Shown: piece by piece, positions 15,556 through 25,063 of the stretch
Position numbering within the stretch: position 1 is the first letter of the stretch
Layout: each line of letters opens with the position of its first letter
Source of the DNA: Methanobacteriota archaeon
GTDB taxonomy: Archaea > Halobacteriota > Syntropharchaeia > Alkanophagales > Methanospirareceae
DNA: 32,285 bases
Assembly (NCBI GenBank): GCA_034660415.1
Contig: JAYEJE010000200.1
Location: 1-32,285, forward strand
Direction: 5' to 3'
The notes under the pieces: generated by a model
Told to the model about the DNA's origin: nothing
The model's database searches: none
Seen by the model: the letters and a program-made list of their open reading frames with translations, nothing else
Program-made: the position numbers and the translations under genes

Positions 15556-16026
15556 ATGACGACGGTATACGATGTGCCACCGGATAAACTGACGAAGTCA
15601 GTAGGGGAGAAATTAAAAAAGAACAAAGCTATCTCTATGCCTAAGTGGAGCATGGACGTAAAGAAGGGCGTGAGCAAAGAATTACCGCCGGTGGATAAGG
15701 ACTGGTGGTGGGTGCGATGTGCATCGGTGCTGCGGCAGATATATATCAATGGACCAGTAGGGGTGTCAAGGCTTTGTACGTATTACGGTAGTAGAGTTAG
15801 ACGGGGCGCAAAGAAAGAGCGGTTTAGAGCTGCTTCTGGGAAGATAATACGAGAGGCACTTTCACAGTTAGAACAGGCCGAGTATGTAACCAAGACGAAA
15901 AAAGGGCGAAAAATATCGCCAAAAGGGCAGTCTTTTCTCAATGACGCCGCACATGAGCTAAAAAACACACAAGAGCCGATCAAGGAAGCAGTAGAAGAAA
16001 CAGCAGGTGTTACAAATGGCGAGTGA
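15556..16026 (+). CDS. rps19e: 30S ribosomal protein eS19
   Basis: MTTVYDVP, VKKGVSKELPP...DWWWVRCASVLR, GPVGVSRL, SGKIIR.ALSQLE, GRKISPKGQSFL. Confidence 0.97.
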   Translation: MTTVYDVPPDKLTKSVGEKLKKNKAISMPKWSMDVKKGVSKELPPVDKDWWWVRCASVLRQIYINGPVGVSRLCTYYGSRVRRGAKKERFRAASGKIIREALSQLEQAEYVTKTKKGRKISPKGQSFLNDAAHELKNTQEPIKEAVEETAGVTNGE

Positions 16027-16348
16027 AGCGGAACTAGAAGCGATAAGAAGGCGAAAGTATGAAGAGATGGCACAGGTTCAGGCAGGAGCGGGCGCGGAAG
16101 AGGAAAAGCGGCAAGAGGTAGAAGAGGCGAAGCGAAGTATTATCAAGCAGATCCTCACACCTGAAGCGCGAGAACGGCTAACGAACATAAGAATGGCAAA
16201 GCCGGAATATGCGGAAGTGCTGGAGAATCAGTTAATTGGATTAGCGCAGAGTGGAAGGCTAAAGAGCATGCTAAACGATGTCCAGTTTAAGGAAATCCTG
16301 CGGCAGTTGATGCCAAAGAAGCGCGATATTAAAATAACAAGGGTATAA
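16016..16348 (+). CDS. PDCD5-family dsDNA-binding protein
   Basis: ELEAIRRRK, ILTPEARERL.NIRMAKPEYA..LE.QLI.LAQSG; conserved position after rps19e. Confidence 0.93.
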   Translation: MASEAELEAIRRRKYEEMAQVQAGAGAEEEKRQEVEEAKRSIIKQILTPEARERLTNIRMAKPEYAEVLENQLIGLAQSGRLKSMLNDVQFKEILRQLMPKKRDIKITRV

Positions 16349-16380
16349 CAAAATAAAATAAAATAAAGCGCGTTTTATAG

Positions 16381-16740
16381 ATGATTACAGAACAAGAGAT
16401 TTCCATTGATGGCGCTGTAAGAGCGATGAAGGAGTCGGATATAGGTGCCATTGTGACTTTTATCGGTGTGGTGCGGGTTGAGGAAGGTCTAAAAAGTATG
16501 GAAGTAGAAGTTAAAGATAATGCGCAGGCAGAACTTGAGCAGTTAAAACGAGATGCTTTTGATACATTTGACATCGAAGCTGTGGAGATCATACATCGGC
16601 ATGGATTACTGGAACTGGGCGATATTATCGTTGCTATTTTGGTAGGTGCGAAGCATAGGACGGATGCTTTTAGGGCTTGTGAGTATTTAATAGATTTGTT
16701 GCGTATAAATGAAGCTATAAGTCTAAAGGAATTGAAGTAA
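16381..16740 (+). CDS. moaE: Molybdopterin synthase catalytic subunit MoaE (divergent C-terminus)
   Basis: [30 protein letters not shown]. Confidence 0.85.
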   Translation: MITEQEISIDGAVRAMKESDIGAIVTFIGVVRVEEGLKSMEVEVKDNAQAELEQLKRDAFDTFDIEAVEIIHRHGLLELGDIIVAILVGAKHRTDAFRACEYLIDLLRINEAISLKELK

Positions 16741-16742
16741 AG

Positions 16743-18014
16743 ATGAAATCCGAGAAGCTTTTTGAACTTGCAAAGGGATATATGCCCGGCGGTGTTAGCA
16801 GCCCTGTGCGAGCATATACGCCGTATCCATTTTATACGGCGCGTGCGAAAGGGTCGAAGATATACGATGTTGATAGTAAAGAATACATTGACTACTGTTT
16901 GGCGTATGGCCCACTTGTTTTAGGGCATGGAAACGAAGAGGTGAAGCGTGCAGTCGTAGATCAGCTCGAAAAAGGGTGGCTTTATGGTACGCCGCATGAG
17001 AAGGAAATAGCGCTTGCGAAGAAGATAATAAGCCATTATCCTTCTGTTGAGATGGTTCGGTTTGTTAATACAGGTAGTGAAGCAACGATGGCGGCTATAA
17101 GGCTTGCAAGGGGGTTTACGGGACACGATAAAATAGTGAAGATAGAGGGCGGGTTTCACGGTGCACATGATGGCGTGCTCGTAAAAGCAGGTTCCGGCGC
17201 TACAACATTTGGTATTCCTGACTCAAAGGGTATACCAAAGGATTCCGTGAAGAACACGCTTCAAATTCCATTTAATGATGCGGAGGCGCTTACCTCTGTG
17301 CTGGAGAATAATTCAGTTGCTGCTATTATATTGGAGCCGGTGATGGGAAATGTGGGTCCGATAGCGCCTGCGGCTAACTATTTGAGTGAAGTGCGAAGAA
17401 TAACGAAGGAGAACGACGTGCTGCTCATTCTTGATGAGGTAATTACCGGCTTTAGGTTGGCGTTGGGCGGTGTGCAGGAATATTATGGTGTGGATGCGGA
17501 CTTAACGATTTTGGGTAAGATCGTAGGTGGCGGTTTCCCTATCGGCATGTTCGGCGGCAAGCGCGAGATTATGGCGTTAGTAGCGCCTTCCGGTGCGGTA
17601 TATCAGGCAGGGACATTTAGTGGTAATCCTGTTTCGGTTACTGCGGGATTGAAAACGGTAGAGATACTGGAACGAGATAGTGTGCCGGAAAGAATAAACG
17701 CGCTTGGTGCGACTATGCGGACAGTTTTAAGCGAGCTAGTGCGCGATTCCGACGTTGAAGGATGTGTCTCGGGTGTTGGTTCGATGTTCAAGGTCTTCTT
17801 CAGTCCAGGCGGTGTGGCAGTAAAGAACTATGCCGATGCTTTGGGTTGCGATAAAGCCAAATATATGCGCCTTTTCCATAACATGTTGTCTTCCGGTGTG
17901 TTTTTACCGCCTTCACAGTTTGAGACGAATTTCGTCTGTTTTGCACATACGGATGAGGATATAGAGCGGACACTAGAAGCGTATAAGGTGAATATTAACG
18001 ATTTACAAGATTAG
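16743..18014 (+). CDS. hemL: Glutamate-1-semialdehyde 2,1-aminomutase
   Basis: [56 protein letters not shown]. Confidence 0.97.
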   Translation: MKSEKLFELAKGYMPGGVSSPVRAYTPYPFYTARAKGSKIYDVDSKEYIDYCLAYGPLVLGHGNEEVKRAVVDQLEKGWLYGTPHEKEIALAKKIISHYPSVEMVRFVNTGSEATMAAIRLARGFTGHDKIVKIEGGFHGAHDGVLVKAGSGATTFGIPDSKGIPKDSVKNTLQIPFNDAEALTSVLENNSVAAIILEPVMGNVGPIAPAANYLSEVRRITKENDVLLILDEVITGFRLALGGVQEYYGVDADLTILGKIVGGGFPIGMFGGKREIMALVAPSGAVYQAGTFSGNPVSVTAGLKTVEILERDSVPERINALGATMRTVLSELVRDSDVEGCVSGVGSMFKVFFSPGGVAVKNYADALGCDKAKYMRLFHNMLSSGVFLPPSQFETNFVCFAHTDEDIERTLEAYKVNINDLQD

Positions 18015-18055
18015 TCGAGGTCTTCAGGCGACAATTGCCCTTCTCATATATCTCG

Positions 18056-18472
18056 CTACCCTATTATCTGAAGGATTATTCTTCTTGACCGCCTCTTATT
18101 GTCCAACTCGATAAATATCACTTGCTGCCACGTTCCCAGCATGAGCTTTTTCGCTCTGAAGGGCACGGTCAAAGACGGGCCTAAGAACGATGCTCTTACA
18201 TGCGAATGCCCGTTACCGTCATGCCACCTATATTCATGCTCGTATCCCATACCCTTAGGAAATAACCGTTCCAAGGCATTGGGTAAATCCTGTAGCAGAC
18301 CGGGCTCGTATTCTATGGTTGTAATCGCTCCTGTCGCACCTGGCACGAAGACAGTTACAATACCGTCCTCAATCTCGGATTCTCTTAGTTTACCGTTCAC
18401 CTTCTCCGTTATGTCTATTATTTCCACCTCGCCTTGTGTATCAAAATGCAGTTCCTTCGTTTCGACACTCAT
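18056..18472 (-). CDS. YjbQ/UPF0047 family protein
   Basis: IDIT, G.T.AITT.EYEPGL..D, H...WHDGNGHSHVRA, LGTWQ...F.ELD. Confidence 0.92.
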   Translation of the reverse strand: MSVETKELHFDTQGEVEIIDITEKVNGKLRESEIEDGIVTVFVPGATGAITTIEYEPGLLQDLPNALERLFPKGMGYEHEYRWHDGNGHSHVRASFLGPSLTVPFRAKKLMLGTWQQVIFIELDNKRRSRRIILQIIG

Positions 18473-18554
18473 TTTTGCCCTTTCTTAGTCTTCCGTTTCA
18501 TTCTTAATAAATTTTTACGGGTTATAACTTCCTGTATTCTAGTTATATAGTTAT

Positions 18555-19250
18555 ATGGTGAACCGATATAAGACCGTCATCTTCGATATGGATGAAACGC
18601 TTCTGAATTCGAGGGGTGTAAGGGCGATAGCACATGAGTGGGCCTATGAAGCATTCAGAAAAACATTGCGGCATTATGGGCTATCACTTTCCATGACGGA
18701 GATAGATAGTTTATTTCTCGCGCCTCTGCATTCAGATGGCGAAGCAGGAGTGAGACGATTTTGTAATAAATTCGGATTAGATACAGAAGATTTCTGGGCA
18801 CGGCGGGAGGCGGATGTCATAGAAGCGAAGATAGAATCGATCCGAACAGGCGAGATAAAGCTATGCGACGGATCTGAGGCGATAATAAACTATCTCAGCG
18901 GACAATTTTATCTTGCCGTGGTGAGCGATTCACAACAGGCGTGTGTGGACTATGCACTTGCACATTTCCATTTGAAACCTCACTTCAAGATATGGTATGG
19001 GCGGAGTAGCGATTTGGTAAGTCTGGCAAATAGAAAGCCCAACCCTTATTACATCAATAAGGTCCTGAGCGAATTGAATATGCACCGGGAGGATGTGATG
19101 TTGGTAGATGACAGCATGGTGGGGATATTAGCGGCAAATAGGGCCGGTATTGATTCCGTGCTTATCGGTAACGCAGATAAGAAGCTGAAGTATGAATCGG
19201 AACCCACGTTTTTTGTGCATAATATCGGAGAACTGAAACAAGTTATATGA
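18555..19250 (+). CDS. HAD-superfamily hydrolase
   Basis: Motif I FDMDETL, motif II VVSD, RKPNP, motif IV VDDS..GI.AA..AG. Confidence 0.88.
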   Translation: MVNRYKTVIFDMDETLLNSRGVRAIAHEWAYEAFRKTLRHYGLSLSMTEIDSLFLAPLHSDGEAGVRRFCNKFGLDTEDFWARREADVIEAKIESIRTGEIKLCDGSEAIINYLSGQFYLAVVSDSQQACVDYALAHFHLKPHFKIWYGRSSDLVSLANRKPNPYYINKVLSELNMHREDVMLVDDSMVGILAANRAGIDSVLIGNADKKLKYESEPTFFVHNIGELKQVI

Positions 19251-19308
19251 ACTCAAAAAAGGTACTTCTAGTTTGTGTATATCTAAGGAGATAAGTGAAA
19301 GAATAAAT

Positions 19309-19989
19309 ATGGGAAGAAAAATAGATCTGCCTGTAATTGTGTTAAATGAAAAGACGTACCTGGAATCCGCGGGTGATCGGGGTTTTGAACTAGCCAAAAT
19401 ATGCGAGGCAGTTTCAGCAGAGCAGGGTATGAATATTGTCATCTGCCCACAGCAGGTGGAACTTGCGAAGATAGCATCTTCAGTGAAGATACCGTGTTTC
19501 GCACAGCACGTTGAGGCCGTGGAACCGGGCAGTCATACGGGCTTTGTAACGCTGGACTCTATAAAGGCAGCGGGTGCTACGGGCACACTCGTGAATCATT
19601 CAGAGCACCGACTGAAAATCGCGGATATCGAGTTCATTACAGGTAAAGCAGCAAGTTTAGACCTTCTAACGATAGTCTGCACGAATAATATCGCTGTGAG
19701 TAAAGCGGTTGCGGAACTGAAACCGTACGCAGTCGCAGTGGAACCGCCGGAGTTAATCGGTAGCGGCAGATCGGTATCGAAGGTGGACCCAGGGATAGTG
19801 GAGGAAACGGTGAAAGAAGTGAAACGAGTATATGCGGAGTGTGCTGTGCTTTGCGGCGCAGGAGTAACAAGCGGGGAGGATGTAAAGGCTGCGATAGAGT
19901 TGGGCGCAGACGGTGTGCTGCTGGCTTCTGGCGTAGTGAAGGCGAAGGACCCAAGGGCAGCATTGCTGGACCTGGTGTCGGGGGTGTAG
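19309..19989 (+). CDS. tpiA: Archaeal-type triosephosphate isomerase
   Basis: N.KTY, AQH, GSHTG, NHSEHR, AVEPPELIGSG, LCGAG, GVLLASGVVKAKDP. ATG at 19309. Confidence 0.96.
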   Translation: MGRKIDLPVIVLNEKTYLESAGDRGFELAKICEAVSAEQGMNIVICPQQVELAKIASSVKIPCFAQHVEAVEPGSHTGFVTLDSIKAAGATGTLVNHSEHRLKIADIEFITGKAASLDLLTIVCTNNIAVSKAVAELKPYAVAVEPPELIGSGRSVSKVDPGIVEETVKEVKRVYAECAVLCGAGVTSGEDVKAAIELGADGVLLASGVVKAKDPRAALLDLVSGV

Positions 19990-19992
19990 AAG

Positions 19993-20169
19993 ACGAAAAT
20001 CTGTCCAAAATGTGGCTCCGAGGAGTTGAACTATGAGCCCTGGCTTGGCGAGATATACGAATGCCGGGATTGTGGTTATCGGGGTGTCTTCATAATAGAA
20101 GAAGACGATCCGGAAATTGCAGCGGCGATAAAAAAGGAGATTGAAACGGGGAAAAATAAAGAAGAGTAA
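19993..20169 (+). CDS. Unannotated 58-codon zinc-ribbon protein with no canonical start (ACG)
   Basis: (T/M)KICPKCGSEELNYEPWLGEIYECRDCGYRGVFIIEEDDPEIAAAIKKEIETGKNKEE*. Two CxxC pairs; GGGGTG RBS-like motif 6 nt upstream of the ACG. Confidence 0.75.
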   Translation, partial: TKICPKCGSEELNYEPWLGEIYECRDCGYRGVFIIEEDDPEIAAAIKKEIETGKNKEE

Positions 20170-20216
20170 ATTTCTATTGTATGTAAATAACGTATAACTT
20201 CTACATATTTAATTTA

Positions 20217-20277
20217 GGACGCGGATTTACACGGATTTAATTTCTTCTGTGTTAGTCGGTGTCAATAATTAATTTTA
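20217..20277. repeat. Imperfect hairpin repeat related to the 59-169 repeat
   Basis: GACGCGGATTTACACGGA...TCTGTGTTAGTCGGTGTC arms. An inverted partial copy ATCTGCGTCC is at 20404-20413. Confidence 0.5.
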
Positions 20278-20552
20278 TTATCGTTGCATTTTCATAAATC
20301 TTTTCCAGAAAACCATAACATAATAAACCCAGTTTATTATAAACGCGATAGAAGATTCTAATAATCTCCTCCGTCTATTAAATATCATATTAAAATCCTA
20401 ATTATCTGCGTCCGATTATCAAAATTTATTCTTTCTTGTATACAAATTTTAAGTAGGTTGCTTTTATATACTATACTAGGCTATACTATAGGTTAGGATA
20501 GAATAGAAAGTTAACCTTATAGCACCAAGCTAAAATAAAGGGGGGATAAAAA

Positions 20553-20954
20553 ATGGTAGAAGCGAATATAATGATTGTTGAGGATGAGGTCCTTTTTGCC
20601 AAGGATCTACAAGATCTGTTGGAAAGTTGGGGATACACGGTTCCCGCTCTAGTAGCTACAGGAGAAGAAGCTATTGAAAAGGCAGGTGAGATAAAGCCTG
20701 ATTTAGTATTGATGGATATTGTGTTGAAAGGGGGTATGGACGGTATAGCGGCCGCAGATCTGATTCGCACCCGCTTCAAAATCCCTGTCGTATATCTCAC
20801 TGCTTATGCGGATGACGAGACAGTGCAACGAGCAAAGATAACAGAGCCTTATGGCTATGTACTCAAACCGCTCGAAGAGAGGGATTTACATGTTACCCTT
20901 GAGATAGCTCTTTACATGTATGCGAAATATGGCCTGAGAACCAAAGAGAACTAA
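20553..20954 (+). CDS. Response-regulator receiver domain protein (stand-alone or truncated)
   Basis: IMIVEDE, PDLVLMDI (phosphoacceptor Asp), MDGI, IPVVYLTAY, GYVLKP. Confidence 0.88.
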   Translation: MVEANIMIVEDEVLFAKDLQDLLESWGYTVPALVATGEEAIEKAGEIKPDLVLMDIVLKGGMDGIAAADLIRTRFKIPVVYLTAYADDETVQRAKITEPYGYVLKPLEERDLHVTLEIALYMYAKYGLRTKEN

Positions 20955-21017
20955 GAAAAAATCAAATAGAACTCGTAAGTGCCTAACGCTATTTTTCCTG
21001 ATATGAACGGTGCGTTT

Positions 21018-21068
21018 ACATTCGGTCATGTGGTCTCCTGCGCCGGTAATCGCCCATGTTATCTTCAT
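21018..21068 (-). pseudogene. N-terminal remnant of an archaeoflavoprotein (AfpA / HFCD family)
   Basis: MKITWAITGAGDHMTEC matches the family N-terminal W.ITG.G motif. Similarity ends after about 17 codons. Confidence 0.6.
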
Positions 21069-21180
21069 ATACTTAGTAAATATGGGGTATCAAAAAAACT
21101 ATGCGCTCTCCGCGGTGATAAATCACGGAGTTTTTAGAGAGTGCCCACGAGGTGGCTAGTTCCGATCCTAAGAAACGCAC

Positions 21181-21579
21181 CTACCACCACGGTAAGAAAT
21201 TCCAAATTGCAATAACTCCCGCGAAAAGAGTTGTAAAGAGCATAATCCATTTCAACTTCTCCGGATGTGTGAACGTTAATATATATTTCCCAACCACATA
21301 AGCAATAAGAAGGAACGGAATGAAATAAATCAAAAGTAGAAGTAAATCTACCGTTACATACCCGGAAATCGAAAATGAAGCCAAAGTAATAATATCAATC
21401 ACAATTAAATAAGTAATCAAGCATCTTCTTATGAATGTGGCATCATACTGCTGATTCACCAATCCAAAAACGATTGGGTGCCCATTTATTCCCGTCAAGA
21501 CACCCATAGAACCACTTATTAACCCAATAGCACTAAAAAGCAGCCCCTCCCTTTTCGTTCGGAAGTTTATATTCTGACT
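21181..21579 (-). pseudogene. C-terminal half of a TauE/SafE (sulfite exporter, DUF81) membrane protein, 5'-truncated
   Basis: The frame stays open upstream of the ATG at 21507: ..INFRTKREGLLFSAIGLISGSMGVLTGINGHPIVFGL.., resembling the second G..SG..G..TG..G.P repeat. The N-half is missing and the fragment abuts the purD stop. Confidence 0.65.
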
Positions 21580-21580
21580 A

Positions 21581-22981
21581 TTATCCCCGCAACTCCCGCA
21601 TCTTCTTTATGTTCCGCTCTATGTAATGTGCAGCTCCCACGTCCCACCTGTTCCACAACGCACCATCTATATTCCTAATTCCTTCCAGAGATAGTTCCCT
21701 CGCATCTTCCATAGTCTCACCAACGCCCACTGTGCAAACAGTTCGTGATCCAAGCGCATATGCATTTCCATCTTCTCGTAACTCCATAGACCCGGGATAG
21801 ACCCGCAAAAGATCGCCATAAGTATGCTGCAACGCATAGGCAGCACTCAAATCAACCCTTTTATCACCGCTATCTTTTTTACGGTAACCACCATAATCCA
21901 TCGGCACGGCATACGTCACAACTGTCGCTTTCTTCGCACATTCGAGCCGCGAAAGAGTTCCTTCTATCATACGAAAGCAGAGATCCACAAAATCGTTCTC
22001 CAAAACAGGCAATATATTCATTATTTCGGGATCGCCCGGTCGACTGTTTATCTCCAGTATCTTCGCACCTTCTCGGGTATGCATAAAAGCGACATAAAGC
22101 GGTATACCCCTAAGCTCGTCATTGCTTCCGTTCCCCCTCAATTTGTTGAATATCTTCTGAACCAAAAGCACCTCCTCTTCACGATCGCGTTCATCAATAA
22201 ACGGCAGCCAATCAGTAGTATCTTTATAAGAGCCCATACCGCCCGTATTTGGGCCCAAGTCGGAATCAAAAGCGCGTTTATAATCCCTTGTGTCCGGTAG
22301 AGCGAGGATCCTTTTTCCATCACAGAACGCCTGAAAGCTAGATTCTTCGCCCTCTACTCGCTCCTCTAATATCACGTCACTACCACTCTCAAAGATGGAG
22401 CGGAAATGCGTGAAAAGGTGCTCTCGAGAGGTGAAGTGGTCGCCCCAGACACCCACGCCCTTACCGGCAGCGGGCTTATCTGGCTTCACTGCTACGTCAT
22501 CGCCAAAATCATCCAAAAATGACCATAACGCTTCTTTCACTTCACTTACGCTCTTATAATCCGCATGATGAAACACTTTGAATTTAGGATTCGCCTCCGC
22601 ACAACAATCCTCAATCAGATACCGTTGCGATGCTTTGCTTCCCTCTATTGCATATCTCTTCGTCGGACATATCATTGGCACACCTGTCTTACGCTCTACA
22701 ACATCTCGAACACCAGCAATTATGGGCTTCTCTGGGCCGCAAATCCCGAAATCTATGCTGCTTTTATTTGCTTCCACGAAGTCGCATATCTTCTCCACAT
22801 CCAAATCCGGAATGACCACGTGCTTCTCTGCATGTGTCACGTTAAATGGGTTCCTTTGCTTGTCCGCAACAAACAAACGCGCCTCATAACTCGCACTTCT
22901 GCTCAGTGCATCTATTAGCGCAGCCGCTCGTGAGCCATAAGAAATAACTAATACCCCTACTTTCTCTCTTTCTTCGGTCAT
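21581..22981 (-). CDS. purD: Phosphoribosylamine-glycine ligase
   Basis: GPEKP...G, AIEGSK, AAGKGV, EE.VEGEE.S, DYKRAFD.DLGPNTGGMGSY, LEINSRPGDPE. Confidence 0.93.
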   Translation of the reverse strand: MTEEREKVGVLVISYGSRAAALIDALSRSASYEARLFVADKQRNPFNVTHAEKHVVIPDLDVEKICDFVEANKSSIDFGICGPEKPIIAGVRDVVERKTGVPMICPTKRYAIEGSKASQRYLIEDCCAEANPKFKVFHHADYKSVSEVKEALWSFLDDFGDDVAVKPDKPAAGKGVGVWGDHFTSREHLFTHFRSIFESGSDVILEERVEGEESSFQAFCDGKRILALPDTRDYKRAFDSDLGPNTGGMGSYKDTTDWLPFIDERDREEEVLLVQKIFNKLRGNGSNDELRGIPLYVAFMHTREGAKILEINSRPGDPEIMNILPVLENDFVDLCFRMIEGTLSRLECAKKATVVTYAVPMDYGGYRKKDSGDKRVDLSAAYALQHTYGDLLRVYPGSMELREDGNAYALGSRTVCTVGVGETMEDARELSLEGIRNIDGALWNRWDVGAAHYIERNIKKMRELRG

Positions 22982-23080
22982 GATGCATGTACCATAAATT
23001 TATATTTATAAGACTCAAAAGAATAGTTTAACTAAAACAGTAAATAAATTTATTTAGACACACAATAAAAGGATAATAAA

Positions 23081-23452
23081 ATGAGTGGAAGTGGAGAGAT
23101 GCCCCCGCAGTTGCAGAACCAGCTTGCTCAGCTTCAGCAGCTTAAGGTTCAAATAGAAGCCGCGGGGAGGCAGAAGATGCAGGTAGAGGCTATGTTGCAA
23201 GACTCAGAAAACGCGTTAGAGGAATTGGAAAAGCACGATAAAAATTCAGCGATATACAAAAATGTTGGCATGTTGATGATAAAAGCCAGTAGCGATGAAG
23301 TAAAGGAGGAACTGTCAGAGAAGAAAGAGACCTACGCCTTGCGGTTGAAAACGCTGGAGCGGCAGAATGAGCGAGTACAGAAGAGATATCAGCAGTTGCA
23401 ACAGCAGTTGCGAGAGGCTTTAGGCGCAGCTACACAGCCGCCAGGCGCATAG
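23081..23452 (+). CDS. pfdB: Prefoldin subunit beta
   Basis: MPPQLQNQLAQLQQL, ALEELE, IYKNVG.LMIK, coiled coil. Confidence 0.95.
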   Translation: MSGSGEMPPQLQNQLAQLQQLKVQIEAAGRQKMQVEAMLQDSENALEELEKHDKNSAIYKNVGMLMIKASSDEVKEELSEKKETYALRLKTLERQNERVQKRYQQLQQQLREALGAATQPPGA

Positions 23453-23545
23453 TTTAGTTTAGTCCGCATGGCGCCCCAAATTTTTCATTCAAACTCTTAT
23501 TTTGTTCATATTAAAAAAAATGCACCGTAATTACAAATATGTGGG

Positions 23546-25063
23546 ATGTTTCAAATGGTAATTCCACTTAAAAAGATAAGGGACGATGTATGGGAAGTAC
23601 CCCAGTCGTATAAGGAGTACATGAGGGTGCCGGCAAGGGTATATGCAGCAGAAGCGCTATTGGAAAAGATGAAAAGCGACTTGACGCTGCAACAAACAAT
23701 TAATATCGCGTCGCTTCCAGGTATAGAAAAATACTCTATGGTTATGCCAGATGGGCATCAGGGTTATGGCTTCCCGATAGGCGGCGTAGCGGCTACGGAC
23801 TTCGAGGAAGGTGTCATTTCTCCCGGTGGCGTTGGCTACGACATAAACTGTGGCGTTAGGCTTATCCGCACCAATCTGAAGGAGGGCGATGTAAGGCCTC
23901 ATTTGTCTGAGCTATTGGACAGCTTATTTGACTATATCCCCGCAGGGCTTGGACTATCCGGGAAAGTGAAGTTGTCATATAGTCAGTTAGATGATGTGCT
24001 ATTGGGCGGTACCAAATGGTGCATTGAGAATGGCTATGGTTGGGAGGAGGACATAGAGCGTACAGAAGAGGGCGGTAGATTAAAAGCTGCAAGTATAGAT
24101 AAGATAGACGAGAAATCAAAGAAGCGTGGATCTCCTCAGTTAGGTACGCTCGGTTCCGGGAATCACTTTTTAGAGGTGCAGGTAGTGGATGAGATTTTTG
24201 ATGAGCAACTTGCAAATGCGTATGGAATAGACGAGGTGGGACAGGTAACTGTTTTGATTCATACAGGAGGCCGGGGCTTCTCGCACGGCGTTTGCTCCTA
24301 CTATCTGCGTAAATTTGAACGCGAGATGAACAAAGATGCAACGTTATCAAAGATACTCGGCTTAGAGCGTGAACTGGCTTGCGCTTATTTGAACAGTGAT
24401 ACAGGCATGGATTACTTCGTATCGATGTGCTCATGTGCGAATTATGCTTTTGCGAACAGGCAACTCGCAACCCACTGGACAAGGAAAGTATTTGAAGACG
24501 TGCTACGAAGAAAAGCGGAGGATATGGAAATAAGGCTAGTGTACGACATCGCACATAACATAGCGAAAGAGGAAGAGCATGTGGTGGACGGGAAGCGGAA
24601 GAAGTTGTGTGTACATCGGAAAGGTGCGACACGGGCGTTTCCTGCTGGTGACGAGCGATTACCACCGATCTATAGAAATGTTGGCCAGCCGGTCTTGATT
24701 CCCGGTTCGATGGGTACACGCAGTTTCTTGGCGGTGGGCACAGATGTAGCAAGAGATGAGACTTTTGGAAGTTGTGCTCATGGCTCGGGTAGAGAAATGA
24801 GTAGGACAGCGGCAATGAGGCAATACCGGGGTAGTGAAGTGAAAGCGGAATTAGCGAAGCGGAATATAATAGTGAAGACGCGAGAGCGAACTAAGCGAGA
24901 TGTAAGGAAGAAGCGAGGTATTCAATTTGACAAATATGGCGAGCTGGCGGAAGAAGTTTCCGCAGCCTATAAAGACCCGGAAGTGGTAGTCCGGAGTTGT
25001 GAAGTATCAGGTATAGCGAAGAAAGTAGCGGCTTTTAGAGGCATTGGCGTTATAAAAGGGTGA
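23546..25063 (+). CDS. rtcB: RNA-splicing ligase RtcB
   Basis: MPDGHQGYGFPIGGV, GGVGYDINCGVR, GTLGSGNHFLEVQ, HNIAK.E, HRKGATRAF, PGSMGT, SCAHGSGR. No intein seen. Confidence 0.97.
   Translation: MFQMVIPLKKIRDDVWEVPQSYKEYMRVPARVYAAEALLEKMKSDLTLQQTINIASLPGIEKYSMVMPDGHQGYGFPIGGVAATDFEEGVISPGGVGYDINCGVRLIRTNLKEGDVRPHLSELLDSLFDYIPAGLGLSGKVKLSYSQLDDVLLGGTKWCIENGYGWEEDIERTEEGGRLKAASIDKIDEKSKKRGSPQLGTLGSGNHFLEVQVVDEIFDEQLANAYGIDEVGQVTVLIHTGGRGFSHGVCSYYLRKFEREMNKDATLSKILGLERELACAYLNSDTGMDYFVSMCSCANYAFANRQLATHWTRKVFEDVLRRKAEDMEIRLVYDIAHNIAKEEEHVVDGKRKKLCVHRKGATRAFPAGDERLPPIYRNVGQPVLIPGSMGTRSFLAVGTDVARDETFGSCAHGSGREMSRTAAMRQYRGSEVKAELAKRNIIVKTRERTKRDVRKKRGIQFDKYGELAEEVSAAYKDPEVVVRSCEVSGIAKKVAAFRGIGVIKG

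Noticed and set aside
23862-24815. 317-aa antisense ORF inside rtcB, plus other long shadow ORFs (9150-9845, 12350-12925, 11870-12379, 26369-26926, 1383-1787)
   Set aside because: They overlap well-supported genes, show no family motifs and have the composition of shadow frames.
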